Shown here piece after piece: positions 48,715-57,655 of a stretch of DNA of 64,000 nucleotides. Position 1 is the stretch's first letter; each line of letters opens with the position of its first letter. This stretch comes from an uncultured Candidatus Saccharibacteria bacterium (lineage in GTDB: Bacteria; Patescibacteriota; Minisyncoccia; Phycocordibacterales; DATGWK01), in NCBI GenBank assembly GCA_964356815.1, contig CAYHIR010000004.1:842-64841 (forward strand), written 5' to 3'. The notes under the pieces were generated by a model that was not told where the DNA came from, searched no databases, and worked only from the letters and a program-made list of their open reading frames with translations. The position numbers and the translations under genes were made by a program.

Positions 48715-49263
48715 TTATTCTGCAGATTTATCTTCTCTCTTGTCGCCGCGATTTTTGCCGATCATGAGATAACGGCGTGGATTTGAGTCGAGGTCGATGA
48801 AGTCGTCGACAGCTTCGATGAGGCGTGAAGAAGAAGATTTTCCAAAAGCGATGGCTTCTACCTGGCAACCTTCATTTGTTTTTAAATATTCGACGAGAGG
48901 AATAAAATCGCCGTCACCAGAAACGATCACAACTGTGTCGAGTTTTGGTGCGAGCTTTACGGCATCGATAGCGAGGCCAACGTCCCAATCGGCTTTCTTT
49001 GCACCGCCGGAAAAAATTTGGAGATTTTTGGTTTTAGTTTCGATTCCAACTTTGCTCAAAGCTTCGAAAAAGTTTTTTTCATCGCCGCTTTCTGTGGTGA
49101 TGACATAAGCCACGGCGCGAATGAGTGAACGGCCAGCGACCGCATCTTTCACAATCTGACCAAAATTTACTTTAGAGTGATAAAGATTTTTGGCGCTGTG
49201 ATAAAGATTTTGCGTGTCAATGAAGATTCCAACTCGTTGATTTTTGTGTTTTACGACGGGCAT
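48715..49263 (-). CDS. NYN (LabA/DUF88) domain protein
   Basis: FIDTQNLY, KADWDVG..ID, SGDGDF. Confidence 0.9.
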   Translation of the reverse strand: MPVVKHKNQRVGIFIDTQNLYHSAKNLYHSKVNFGQIVKDAVAGRSLIRAVAYVITTESGDEKNFFEALSKVGIETKTKNLQIFSGGAKKADWDVGLAIDAVKLAPKLDTVVIVSGDGDFIPLVEYLKTNEGCQVEAIAFGKSSSSRLIEAVDDFIDLDSNPRRYLMIGKNRGDKREDKSAE

Positions 49264-49331
49264 TTTTAAATGATTTAAATGAGCTATTTATTAAAATTTG
49301 GCGACTTTCCCGGTGCCGGCGACTCGTGGCC

Positions 49332-49604
49332 TTACCCCTTCTTTTTCAACTCCAGCTTCTTCACAAGTGCATTATAACGGCTAGCGCTCTTTTTCTGAAG
49401 ATATTTCATGTGCTTTTGACGATTGGCAACCATAGCTAAGAGGCCACGACGAGAATGTTTGTCGTTGGTGTTTTTCTTCAAATGACTAGCCAATTCTTCG
49501 ATTCGCTTGCTTATAATGGCAATTTGCACCTCCGGTGAGCCGGTATCGGTGTCGTGAATCTTGACTTCTTTGATAGTTCGTTGTTTTTTTGTCTTGGTTA
49601 ACAT
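49332..49604 (-). CDS. rpsO: 30S ribosomal protein S15
   Basis: DTGSPEVQIA, HSRRGLL.MV. Confidence 0.98.
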   Translation of the reverse strand: MLTKTKKQRTIKEVKIHDTDTGSPEVQIAIISKRIEELASHLKKNTNDKHSRRGLLAMVANRQKHMKYLQKKSASRYNALVKKLELKKKG

Positions 49605-49656
49605 TGCCGAGCAATCTTATCACAAAAGGTAAAAGTTGTAAACTGCGGCCAAAATT

Positions 49657-49690
49657 AAAGAGAAACCCCAGTGCCGATGGCTACTGGGGT
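49657..49690 (-). terminator. Intrinsic terminator
   Basis: ACCCCAGT...ACTGGGGT hairpin with a U-rich tail on the minus strand. Confidence 0.6.
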
Positions 49691-49884
49691 CATTGGAGGC
49701 GTCTCACGAGGTGGAGCTTTTCGGCCAGTACCATTAGGATGGTGTATAGCAGGGCGAAGAGGAAAACAGCCAAAAAAGCTAGAGCAGCGATGTTGGAAAC
49801 GAGGAAGTTTTTGCCCGTGAGTGGCACATCGATGTCGCCTACCCGCTCGAAGGGTCTGGCGAGAGCTTTGCTGAGTCGGCTCAT
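49690..49884 (-). CDS. Small membrane protein (64 aa)
   Basis: SD AAGGAG; one hydrophobic helix; ATGA-coupled to the upstream ORF. Confidence 0.5.
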   Translation of the reverse strand: MSRLSKALARPFERVGDIDVPLTGKNFLVSNIAALAFLAVFLFALLYTILMVLAEKLHLVRRLQ

Positions 49885-50033
49885 TTCTGAACTCCTTGTT
49901 TGTCACCCGCCCTTATTCCTGGCATAAGGGCATTCTTCACAAAAAAGGCCAGGCCAATCATGATGGACAGAAACAAGACAATTTCAAGCACCGATATTCT
50001 GGGGAACGACCAGCCGGTTCTATTTTTCGACAT
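49881..50033 (-). CDS. Small membrane protein (50 aa, below the ORF-track cutoff)
   Basis: MSKNRTGWSFPRISVLEIVLFLSIMIGLAFFVKNALMPGIRAGDKQGVQK; SD AAGGA; TTGACA-N18-GATAAT upstream. Confidence 0.45.
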   Translation of the reverse strand: MSKNRTGWSFPRISVLEIVLFLSIMIGLAFFVKNALMPGIRAGDKQGVQK

Positions 50034-50163
50034 ACAGCCAGTCCTTTCCTTGAGTCGTACGTTGCGGTGTGATTGGCGACATTCGCCTTTCTGTCTGCCA
50101 CAATTATCTAATTAAAAACAGCTCGTTGTCAATGGCGTGTCGCACAATGCTATAATTTTCGTA

Positions 50164-51141
50164 ATGAAACTCTCGGAGCTCAAGCGTGAATTTTTGGAAT
50201 ATGTGGAAATTGAGCGTGGCCGTTCGCTCAAAACTGTCGAAAATTATGATCTCTATCTCACCCGCTTTCTTGAGTTTGCGAAAACGGAAAATCCTAAAGC
50301 TCTCACAGAAAATTTGCTCCGCGAATATCGCCTTTGGCTCAATCGACAGTCTGTGGGCGCACGCGGTGGTGCTGGCTCTAGCTCGGCTCGCGCGGCTGGT
50401 GGTGGCGCGCCCGCGACACTCAAAAAAAAGACGCAGAATTATTATCTCATCGCTCTGCGGGCGTTTCTAAAATATTTGGCAAAGCGTGGCGTTGTTTCCC
50501 TCTCGCCCGATAAAATAGAGCTCGCAAAAGTGCCAGAACGTTCGCTCGATCTCATTTCTCCGGAAGAATTAGAGCGACTTATGGCCGCGCCACAAGGCGA
50601 CGATTTGAAAACTTTGCGCGATCGCGCCATGCTCGAGCTCCTATTCTCTACCGGTCTGCGTGTCTCTGAGCTCTGCTCTCTCACTTGCGACATAAACTTA
50701 AAAAATGATGAGCTCTCGGTGCGCGGCAAGGGCGAAAAAATTCGCGTCGTTTTTATTTCTCCGTCTGCAAAAGAGGCTCTCAAAAAATATTTAGACAAAC
50801 GCACGGATATGGCCGAGCCGCTCTTTGTGCAATTTGGGAAAAATGGCGGCGACAAAGGCGGCGGTGAAAAATCTGCCGGAAAAAGTGGCGATGGCGCGCT
50901 CACTCCCCGTTCTGTGGAAAGAATCATTAAGCACTATGCGATAAAAGCCGGTATTACTAGAAAAGTCACGCCGCATGTTATTCGTCACAGCTTCGCCACA
51001 GACCTTCTCCGCAATGGCGCCGATCTTCGTTCTGTGCAAATGCTTCTCGGTCATGCAAATATCGGCACGACACAAATTTACACCCACATTACAGATAAAG
51101 AATTACGCGAGGTTCATAAAAAATTTCACAATAAAAATTGA
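50164..51141 (+). CDS. XerC/XerD-family tyrosine recombinase
   Basis: RDRAMLELLFSTGLRVSEL, GKG.K.R, TPHVIRHSFAT, LLGH...TTQIYTH; start ATG 50164. Confidence 0.93.
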   Translation: MKLSELKREFLEYVEIERGRSLKTVENYDLYLTRFLEFAKTENPKALTENLLREYRLWLNRQSVGARGGAGSSSARAAGGGAPATLKKKTQNYYLIALRAFLKYLAKRGVVSLSPDKIELAKVPERSLDLISPEELERLMAAPQGDDLKTLRDRAMLELLFSTGLRVSELCSLTCDINLKNDELSVRGKGEKIRVVFISPSAKEALKKYLDKRTDMAEPLFVQFGKNGGDKGGGEKSAGKSGDGALTPRSVERIIKHYAIKAGITRKVTPHVIRHSFATDLLRNGADLRSVQMLLGHANIGTTQIYTHITDKELREVHKKFHNKN

Positions 51142-51189
51142 AATGTGCTGATATGTTTAGCGCCATGTCCGCCGTGAAATTTTTGCAAG

Positions 51190-51228
51190 AAAAAAACCGG
51201 ATCGGCACTCAGAGAGCGCCAGATCCGG
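51190..51228 (-). terminator. Intrinsic terminator
   Basis: CCGGATC...GATCCGG stem with an A-tract on the left (U-tract on the minus strand). Confidence 0.6.
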
Positions 51229-51298
51229 CTTCCGGGGGGCAAGATGAACTAAAGGAACTGACAGTATCCTAGCTCTAGGCTTAGGATTTGTCAACCGG

Positions 51299-51868
51299 TC
51301 AGCGGTCGCCAAGGTCACGTTTTGCCTGATCGTCGATGAACAGGTTGAGCTCTTCTCCCATTTTGGCGAGTAGCCTGATGTGCTCTGTCCCGCCATCTGA
51401 TAAGACAATCACTCCCTTTTCTCCGTACTCATCACCCCAGAAAGTTTCGATGCTTCCGGTCCAGCTCATAGCATCGAGCGTGCCGTCCTTCTCTTTGTGA
51501 ACCCAGAAGACTGTCTCGACATCGCCCGTCTTGTAGAAAAGGATGTCGTCGATCTTCACCCTCATCGCCAAGAGTCTTTTGCCGACATCGATCTTCCTCT
51601 GCTTCACCTGTTCGGTTTGTTGTTGCTGAAGACCCTCTAGCGTCACTCCTCCATCCCCTTCGAAGCCTTGGTGGAGTAGAGCGACGGCGAGAGCAACAGA
51701 AACGGCCACCGCTAACATCGTTATCGCCAATCCATCCCATGACCGTTTTTTGTGGACCGGCTGACCGAAGACTCCGTTGTTTGCGTAGGTATCGGTGCGG
51801 ACGCATTTGCAACGTCCGTCACAGCGACGACACCCATCGGTGATAGCGAAACTTCTTGACGAGCTCAT
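51299..51868 (-). CDS. Orphan single-TM protein with a Cys-rich N-terminus
   Basis: SD GGAGGT; CRRCDGRCKC; TM helix; own terminator. Confidence 0.55.
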   Translation of the reverse strand: MSSSRSFAITDGCRRCDGRCKCVRTDTYANNGVFGQPVHKKRSWDGLAITMLAVAVSVALAVALLHQGFEGDGGVTLEGLQQQQTEQVKQRKIDVGKRLLAMRVKIDDILFYKTGDVETVFWVHKEKDGTLDAMSWTGSIETFWGDEYGEKGVIVLSDGGTEHIRLLAKMGEELNLFIDDQAKRDLGDR

Positions 51869-51984
51869 ACCCACCTCCCATTCTCGTGTTTTCCCGTGTG
51901 CTTTTTTGGCTACTTACGTTCGCCAAATTTCACCAGACTTCGTCAATTCCAGCTTTAGGCTAACCTTTCTGTTACAATTTATCA

Positions 51985-52791
51985 ATGATTAAAATAATCT
52001 CCTGGAATGTAAACGGCATTCGCGCCATCCACAAAAAAGGCAAATGGGCGGAAATTTTAGCTGAAGACCCAGATATTCTTTGCCTCCAGGAAACCAAAGC
52101 CAATCCAGATCAACTCGGCGAAGACATTCTCCATCCGCCCGGCTACGAATCCTTTTTCGATTTTCCTAAAGTAAAAAAAGGTTATAGCGGCGTGGCTATT
52201 TATGTAAAAACGGGCAAAGTTGCCGCGACAAAAAAAATCCAGCCACAAAAAGTCGAATACATCATGGGCGTGCCGACTCTCGACGACGAGGGTCGTCTCA
52301 TCGCTGTCTATTTCGAAAATTTTTGCCTCATAAACGTCTATTTCCCTAATGGCGGTGGTGGCCCGGAGCGACTCAAATACAAGCTCGATTTTTATAAAGA
52401 ATTTCTAAAGTTTATCCAAAAAACCCGAAAAACCCAGCCAAATATAGTGTTTTGCGGCGACATAAACACGGCTCACAACGAAATCGACCTCGCTCGACCA
52501 AAAGAAAATTCAGAAAACACAGGCTTCTTGCCTATTGAGCGCGCGTGGCTCGATGAAGTTGTCGCCGCGGGCTATGTCGATACTTTTCGTTACTTCTTCC
52601 CCACTACAGCGAGTGCTTACACATATTGGGATATGAAAACTTTTGCTCGCGAAAGAAATGTTGGTTGGCGCATCGATTATTTTTTTGTTTCAAAAGAATT
52701 TTTGCCACACATCAAATCCACAAAAATTCACGAAGATTTTTTTGGCTCCGACCACTGCCCGATTTCTATCGAGGTAAATTTAGACAAATAA
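51985..52791 (+). CDS. xth: Exodeoxyribonuclease III
   Basis: SWNVNGIR, LQETK, GDINTAH, GWRIDYF, GSDHCP. Confidence 0.96.
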   Translation: MIKIISWNVNGIRAIHKKGKWAEILAEDPDILCLQETKANPDQLGEDILHPPGYESFFDFPKVKKGYSGVAIYVKTGKVAATKKIQPQKVEYIMGVPTLDDEGRLIAVYFENFCLINVYFPNGGGGPERLKYKLDFYKEFLKFIQKTRKTQPNIVFCGDINTAHNEIDLARPKENSENTGFLPIERAWLDEVVAAGYVDTFRYFFPTTASAYTYWDMKTFARERNVGWRIDYFFVSKEFLPHIKSTKIHEDFFGSDHCPISIEVNLDK

Positions 52792-52932
52792 AGTCGTCAG
52801 CTTTTTCCGCGCTGCCGGTGCTTTATAAAGGACAAAGTTGACATAAAAAGACAAGTTATCCCCAACCGCGCAAGCAAAATGTCTTTTATTATTTTGCACC
52901 GGTGTTAGTATAAAGGACAGAGGTTCGGTTGG

Positions 52933-53103
52933 ATGTCCCAGACTCTATCTCGGGCGGAATTCCGAACATTGGTTCTTTCGAAGAGTGGTGCACACTCACG
53001 AAAGGTTTTTCTGGTAAAGGACATAATTACGGGGTATGTATATCTCTCAACCATATCCTTTATAAAAGAAGATATCGCTTCGATTATCTCTCTCACTGGA
53101 TGA
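52933..53103 (+). CDS. Small orphan ORF (56 aa)
   Basis: SD GAGGT; MSQTLSRAEFRTLV...IISLTG; followed by a terminator. Confidence 0.35.
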   Translation: MSQTLSRAEFRTLVLSKSGAHSRKVFLVKDIITGYVYLSTISFIKEDIASIISLTG

Positions 53104-53112
53104 CGCTTTCAC

Positions 53113-53155
53113 AACCGCCTGAGCCATCGCCTTTGGATTCGGGCGGTTTCTTTTT
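53113..53155 (+). terminator. Intrinsic terminator
   Basis: AACCGCC...GGCGGTT followed by TCTTTTT. Confidence 0.65.
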
Positions 53156-53180
53156 GCCAAAATTTTACTCGTTTTTTCTA

Positions 53181-53292
53181 AGGTTTCGTTAGTTGGATTT
53201 TGAGTCACTCTCGGAGGCCGACGGGCCGAGAGTGAGTGAAAATTTTAGCAAAAAATTTATCGCGGTGACGAAAAATGCAACTAACGAAACCT
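53181..53292. mobile_element. MITE-like element (112 bp) with 28-bp terminal inverted repeats
   Basis: Left AGGTTTCGTTAGTTGGATTTTGAGTCAC vs reverse complement of right AGGTTTCGTTAGTTGCATTTTTCGTCAC (25/28); internal hairpin TCACTCTCGG/CCGAGAGTGA. Confidence 0.6.
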
Positions 53293-54853
53293 ATTCCACC
53301 CAGTGCCTTTTCCTTATTTCCCCCACAGCCTTATCCTCCTCCTCTTTCTTTTTAGCTTTTCCAGCGTCGCCAATTTTTTGGAGTTCGGTGTCGCTTAGGC
53401 CAGCGAATTCACCGGCGAGTTTTTCGAGTTTTTCGGCCTCGTTCAACTTTGGATCCTCGAGCACTTCCTCTAAGAGAGCGTGCAAAATATAGCCGATTCT
53501 CGGTCCTGGCTTCTCGTCGGCCACCTCGATGATTTTCGCACCGTTTATCTTGAGCATGGCGACAGAAATCGGGTCGCGCATCGCTTCGTCTACCATAGAG
53601 TGGTATTTGCGGAGGCGATATGGGCTCTCTTTCGGCCGGCCGGTGCCAATACGGTCGCAAATGCGTACATTCATAAGGTCCCAGACATTTTCAGGGCCAA
53701 CATTAGCCACCAAACGGCGCACGGCCGAAAGCGTGATCTTCTCTGTATCCGAGAAAAACATATGCCAACGCACCAGTTTCACTACCCTATCAATCAAATC
53801 ATTCGGATATTTGAGGTTTTTTAGCACCTGTTCGGCCACGCGTGCGCCCACCACATCGTGTCCGTGAAACGTCCAGTCTTTCTTTTCGTCAGACCAACGG
53901 CGCGTCTCAGGCTTGGAAATATCATGAAGCAGAGCCGCCAAACGAATATGCAAAGGCCAGCCTTTCTTGGCTGAGTGCTCCAGTGTCTTTAAGAGATGTG
54001 TCCATACATCAAATGAATGAGCCTGATTTTGTTTCACATCAATCGCGGCCGGTAGCTCAGGAATTATAAAGGACAAAATGCCGAGCTCTTGGCATAGCTC
54101 AATCGCCTCTTTTGGGTGTGGCGACATAATAATCCGCGAAAATTCCTCACGGACACGCTCTTTGGCAATGTGTTTGAGCAGACCAGCATGTTCTTTCATC
54201 GCCGCTTGGGTCGCCGGGTCTATAGAGAAGCCAAGCTCAGCATGAATACGTACGGCACGCAAAATACGAAGCGCGTCCTCACTAAATCGCTCTGTCGGCT
54301 CCCCCACTGCCCGCACAATCTTCTTGTCTAAATCTTTCAAACCATCAAAAAGGTCAACAATCTGGCCATTTTCTACATCGTAAGCCACAGCATTGAATGT
54401 GAAATCACGTCTTTTAAGATCGTCCTCAATTTTTTTGCTAAAGGACACTTTATCCGGCCGACGTTTGTCCGAATAACCAGATTCTACTCTGTACGGTGTG
54501 ACCTCAATGACTTTTAGAGACTCATCTATCGGCGCGGCCGTTACTTCATCGCCATCACCTGCGTCTTTCGCGGCCGCTCCTGTCTCCTCATTCACCACAC
54601 CCACCGTGCCGTAATCGTTTTCGTAAAAAGTCTTTGGGAATATGGCCACGATTTGCTCTGGAGTCGCATTGGTGGTGACATCCCAATCTTTTGGCGTTCT
54701 ACCAATAAACAGGTCGCGCACGCAGCCACCGACGATATAGGCCTCGTAGCCATGCTTTTTGAGCGTACTTGTGACTTGCGCAACTTCTTTTGGGATGGAG
54801 AAAGTGTCAGGACTGATTTTTGCGGTCGATTTCATTATCACAAATCTTATCAC
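53291..54853 (-). CDS. cca: CCA tRNA nucleotidyltransferase with an HD domain
   Basis: VGGCVRD, DWDVTT, RRDFT.NA, EDALRILRA, LLHDI.KP. Confidence 0.92.
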   Translation of the reverse strand: MIRFVIMKSTAKISPDTFSIPKEVAQVTSTLKKHGYEAYIVGGCVRDLFIGRTPKDWDVTTNATPEQIVAIFPKTFYENDYGTVGVVNEETGAAAKDAGDGDEVTAAPIDESLKVIEVTPYRVESGYSDKRRPDKVSFSKKIEDDLKRRDFTFNAVAYDVENGQIVDLFDGLKDLDKKIVRAVGEPTERFSEDALRILRAVRIHAELGFSIDPATQAAMKEHAGLLKHIAKERVREEFSRIIMSPHPKEAIELCQELGILSFIIPELPAAIDVKQNQAHSFDVWTHLLKTLEHSAKKGWPLHIRLAALLHDISKPETRRWSDEKKDWTFHGHDVVGARVAEQVLKNLKYPNDLIDRVVKLVRWHMFFSDTEKITLSAVRRLVANVGPENVWDLMNVRICDRIGTGRPKESPYRLRKYHSMVDEAMRDPISVAMLKINGAKIIEVADEKPGPRIGYILHALLEEVLEDPKLNEAEKLEKLAGEFAGLSDTELQKIGDAGKAKKKEEEDKAVGEIRKRHWVE

Positions 54854-54931
54854 CTCACAATTTTACTCACAAACTGAGATGATCGCTTGGCAAAAACTTT
54901 TGGTAGCGTATTATAACGAAGTGTAGGGTTT

Positions 54932-55003
54932 GCGCCCATGGTGAAATGGATATCACAAGCGACTTCGGATCGCTTATTGTGGGTTCGAGTCCTGCTGGGC
55001 GCA
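54932..55003 (+). tRNA. tRNA-Arg(TCG)
   Basis: Acceptor GCGCCCA/TGGGCGC; arm AGCGA-CTTCGGA-TCGCT; GTTCGA; no encoded CCA. Confidence 0.95.
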
Positions 55004-55035
55004 CTGCGAAGACAGATATAAGACAAGTTTCATAC

Positions 55036-55106
55036 GCGGGTATGGTTTAGTGGTAGAATGCGTCCTTGCCAAGGACGAGACGAGAGTTCGATTCTCTCTA
55101 CCCGCA
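55036..55106 (+). tRNA. tRNA-Gly(GCC)
   Basis: Acceptor GCGGGTA/TACCCGC; arm CGTCC-TTGCCAA-GGACG. Confidence 0.96.
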
Positions 55107-55151
55107 CACTAAAGGACCATAGGGGTCAAAAGACAGTAAAAAGGCCAAAAC

Positions 55152-55180
55152 TGTGGATAAGTCTGGGGACATGTGTATAA
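55152..55180. promoter_or_regulatory. Pair of consensus DnaA boxes
   Basis: TGTGGATAA (55152-60) and TGTGTATAA (55172-80), both matching TTWTNCACA on the minus strand. Confidence 0.7.
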
Positions 55181-55263
55181 AGGACATTTTCGTAAAAGTC
55201 AGTGATTTTTTGTCCTATATCTATTAAATGGCTATAAACAAAGGTTTTTGAGAGTTTTCTCTG

Positions 55264-55787
55264 TGTTTCACGTGAAAAACGGTGCGTTTGAGACTGTTTT
55301 GGGGCAATTTTAGGCATATTTAAACGAAAAAGTGTTTCTTAAGAAACGTTTCGACCCTTCTCCTGGGGGGGTATTTCACGTGAAACGCCATCTTTAACCA
55401 TTCTTAAAGTTTTCTTTAGGGTGTTTATGCTAATTTTCTGTAATTATGACCACAAAACAAATTTCAAAGAAGGTAAACGCTAGAAAATGGGCAATTATAA
55501 GGAATAAAAAGAAAAAGGAGGCATCTGGCGGATCTGAGAATCAAAAGCTAGGATTTGTAGGGGAACAGGTAACTAAGAAACATCTTTTGTCTAAAGGATT
55601 GGAGTTCGTTTCTTCCAATTTTCGCCGAAAATATGGCGAAATTGATCTAATAATGAAGGTTCCTGCTGGAGCTGGTGTGGCCGGTAGGGGCAGAGAAAGA
55701 CTGATGTTTTTCGAGGTCAAAACTGTTTCACGTGAAAGGTTCGATGGTTCTTTGGTGGGGAATCGGCCAGACATTTCACGTGAAACA
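55264..55787. repeat. parS cluster (four sites)
   Basis: Matches to TGTTTCACGTGAAACA at 55264 (15/16), 55372, 55724 and 55772 (14/16 each). Confidence 0.85.
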
Positions 55788-56006
55788 TCAAAAGGCCGCA
55801 CTTTTGGGGAGGGTTTTAATGATTATCGCCCCGAAGACAACGTTAGTGTCTCAAAAATTAGAAAGACTCGGAGGATTATAAAAATATGGCTGGAGGAGAA
55901 CAAAATGTCTGAATCGGCCGACTGGAGCTTTAATGTAGCGCTCGTGTATCTATCTAAGTCTGAAAAGAAGTTTTATATAAAGATTTTGTGGGATGTCATC
56001 CTCTGA
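55446..56006 (+). CDS. yraN: YraN (UPF0102) family protein
   Basis: G..GE, NFRRKYGEIDLI, FFEVKT. Confidence 0.85.
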   Translation: MTTKQISKKVNARKWAIIRNKKKKEASGGSENQKLGFVGEQVTKKHLLSKGLEFVSSNFRRKYGEIDLIMKVPAGAGVAGRGRERLMFFEVKTVSRERFDGSLVGNRPDISRETSKGRTFGEGFNDYRPEDNVSVSKIRKTRRIIKIWLEENKMSESADWSFNVALVYLSKSEKKFYIKILWDVIL

Positions 56007-56084
56007 TTTTCGATTTTCAATCTCCTATGCTACGATAGCCATTGTCCTTTAAGCGCAAAAACGCGCCGACGGCAACTAGCTAAA

Positions 56085-56156
56085 CGGGGCGTGGTGTAAC
56101 GGTAACATGCTTGACTTGGGATCAAGTGACTCCGGGTTCGAATCCCGGCGCCCCGA
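56085..56156 (+). tRNA. tRNA-Pro(TGG)
   Basis: Acceptor CGGGGCG/CGCCCCG; arm CTTGA-CTTGGGA-TCAAG; GTTCGAAT. Confidence 0.96.
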
Positions 56157-56299
56157 AATCATATAGACCAGGGATTATTAAAACAAGGTTTTCCTTGACA
56201 TGGGCTGAAGGCTGTGATATTTTCTTTGAGTTATTGTATCAAAATGATAACCTCGCTACGGAGGGTCGTAGCAACAGTTCTTTCAAAAAGGAGGAAATC

Positions 56300-57064
56300 T
56301 TGGCTAGAATAAAATCAAAACAGACCACTCTCGCACCATTCTTGGTTGAGAGTGGGCAACGCGGCGGAAACATTTTTCGAGTCGTGTCTGTGGCTGATGG
56401 CGTAACTCGCGAGCAGATCGAAACGCTGCTTACGAAGTTACCGATCCGTTTTAAGATTCACAGGTTCCCGTCGTGTTATCAAGAGCACAGTATCAACGAG
56501 CCGCTCGAGGTTCATGTTGAAGGAAGTATCGTCTACATCTATCCAACTAAAGATCGGATCATCGCTTGCACGACGCTCGATTCGTGGGGATCTGCTGATG
56601 TGGTGAGTCAGATGCATGTCGACAACATGATGGACACGCTTAGTCCTGGCCGAGGACAGCTTCGAACGTGCATCCACTTCGACCCGAAAGTTCTCGGCAT
56701 TGAAGGTTGGCCAAACACCTCGGAGGCCACGGCTGAGCTTGAGGTCGATATCCATGTCTATTCGATTGGAAAGACGTTGGAGCCTCAGATGCGTCCGCCC
56801 CAACTCGACAAATTCCAGCTACGCGATCTTCTTCAACTGATCGCTGGAAAAGAGCGGTCAATCTCAGTCCGGCAATTTGATCGCTGGAGGGATCTGATCA
56901 TGTATTCCGTCGCACACATGCGATTTGTCTACGAAGGTATGCCGGGAGATGATCCTACCCGTGACTACTATGGAATGGTGTGGAGAGAGTTTGATGCGGC
57001 CACTGACAGCGAAGGTGTGGTTCGGGCACTGGATTCTCTTGTCAGTGCGATTAACTATCAGTGA
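56300..57064 (+). CDS. Orphan hypothetical protein (254 aa)
   Basis: SD AAGGAGG with a TTG start; TTGACA promoter at ~56195; terminator downstream. Confidence 0.6.
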   Translation: MARIKSKQTTLAPFLVESGQRGGNIFRVVSVADGVTREQIETLLTKLPIRFKIHRFPSCYQEHSINEPLEVHVEGSIVYIYPTKDRIIACTTLDSWGSADVVSQMHVDNMMDTLSPGRGQLRTCIHFDPKVLGIEGWPNTSEATAELEVDIHVYSIGKTLEPQMRPPQLDKFQLRDLLQLIAGKERSISVRQFDRWRDLIMYSVAHMRFVYEGMPGDDPTRDYYGMVWREFDAATDSEGVVRALDSLVSAINYQ

Positions 57065-57094
57065 CTCGTTTTGTTCGTTCTGCCAACTTCAAGA

Positions 57095-57129
57095 GCGCGT
57101 GTAGAGAAAAAAATCTATACGCGCCTTTT
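57095..57129 (+). terminator. Intrinsic terminator
   Basis: GCGCGTGTAGA / TCTATACGCGC followed by CTTTT. Confidence 0.65.
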
Positions 57130-57161
57130 CATTTGAAGTGTTAAACTTAATAAACAATCTT

Positions 57162-57482
57162 ATGTTCAAGAAAACCCGCGAAGATTTTAAGTGCGGCAAA
57201 TGTGGCCTGCCCATGGAAGGGGACGGTTTTACAAATCATTGCTCCGCGTGTTTGTGGAGCAAGCACGTTGATATTCATCCGGGCGATAGGGAAATGGTCG
57301 ACAAATGCGGTGGCTTTATGGAGCCGGTGCGCATCGAAGGTGGTACCGACGCGAAGGGTGATGTCACCAAATACACCATCGTGCATGTTTGTGAAAGTTG
57401 CGGCTTTGAGCGACGCAATAAGGTGTCGGAGCGTGACAATTTTGAAACTGTGCTTAATATAGTGGAAGAGGCGGCGAAATAG
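57162..57482 (+). CDS. RNHCP-domain zinc-binding protein
   Basis: F.CGKCG, TNHCSACLWSKHVD..PGDR, CGG.MEP, HVCESCG..RRN. Confidence 0.85.
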   Translation: MFKKTREDFKCGKCGLPMEGDGFTNHCSACLWSKHVDIHPGDREMVDKCGGFMEPVRIEGGTDAKGDVTKYTIVHVCESCGFERRNKVSERDNFETVLNIVEEAAK

Positions 57483-57500
57483 CTGTTGCCGCCGAAAATC

Positions 57501-57571
57501 GCGGGTATGGTTTAGTGGTAGAATGACTGCCTTCCAAGCAGTAGACGAGAGTTCGATTCTCTCTACCCGCA
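57501..57571 (+). tRNA. tRNA-Gly(TCC)
   Basis: Arm ACTGC-CTTCCAA-GCAGT; the rest is identical to tRNA-Gly(GCC). Confidence 0.96.
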
Positions 57572-57655
57572 CACTTTAGTTACAGAGATTGAGAGACTTT
57601 AAGTTGTTAGGTGGTTTTAATAAAGTATTTATTTAAGCTAGTATTGGAGGGATTT

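Noticed and set aside
49960-50033. Type IV prepilin motif in the 50-aa ORF
   Set aside because: There is no Gly at the -1 position relative to the xxxxE pattern
50164-51141. Prophage or island integrase
   Set aside because: Sequence is typical of a housekeeping Xer; no att repeats or phage genes were seen
56111-56299. N-terminal part of the 317-aa ORF
   Set aside because: It overlaps tRNA-Pro and the promoter; the strong SD supports TTG 56300
57147-57572. 141-aa minus-strand ORF
   Set aside because: Shadow of tRNA-Gly and the RNHCP gene
55080-57575. attL/attR pair formed by the repeated tRNA-Gly 3' end
   Set aside because: Both copies are complete tRNAs with different anticodons, the interval holds core elements, and there is no integrase
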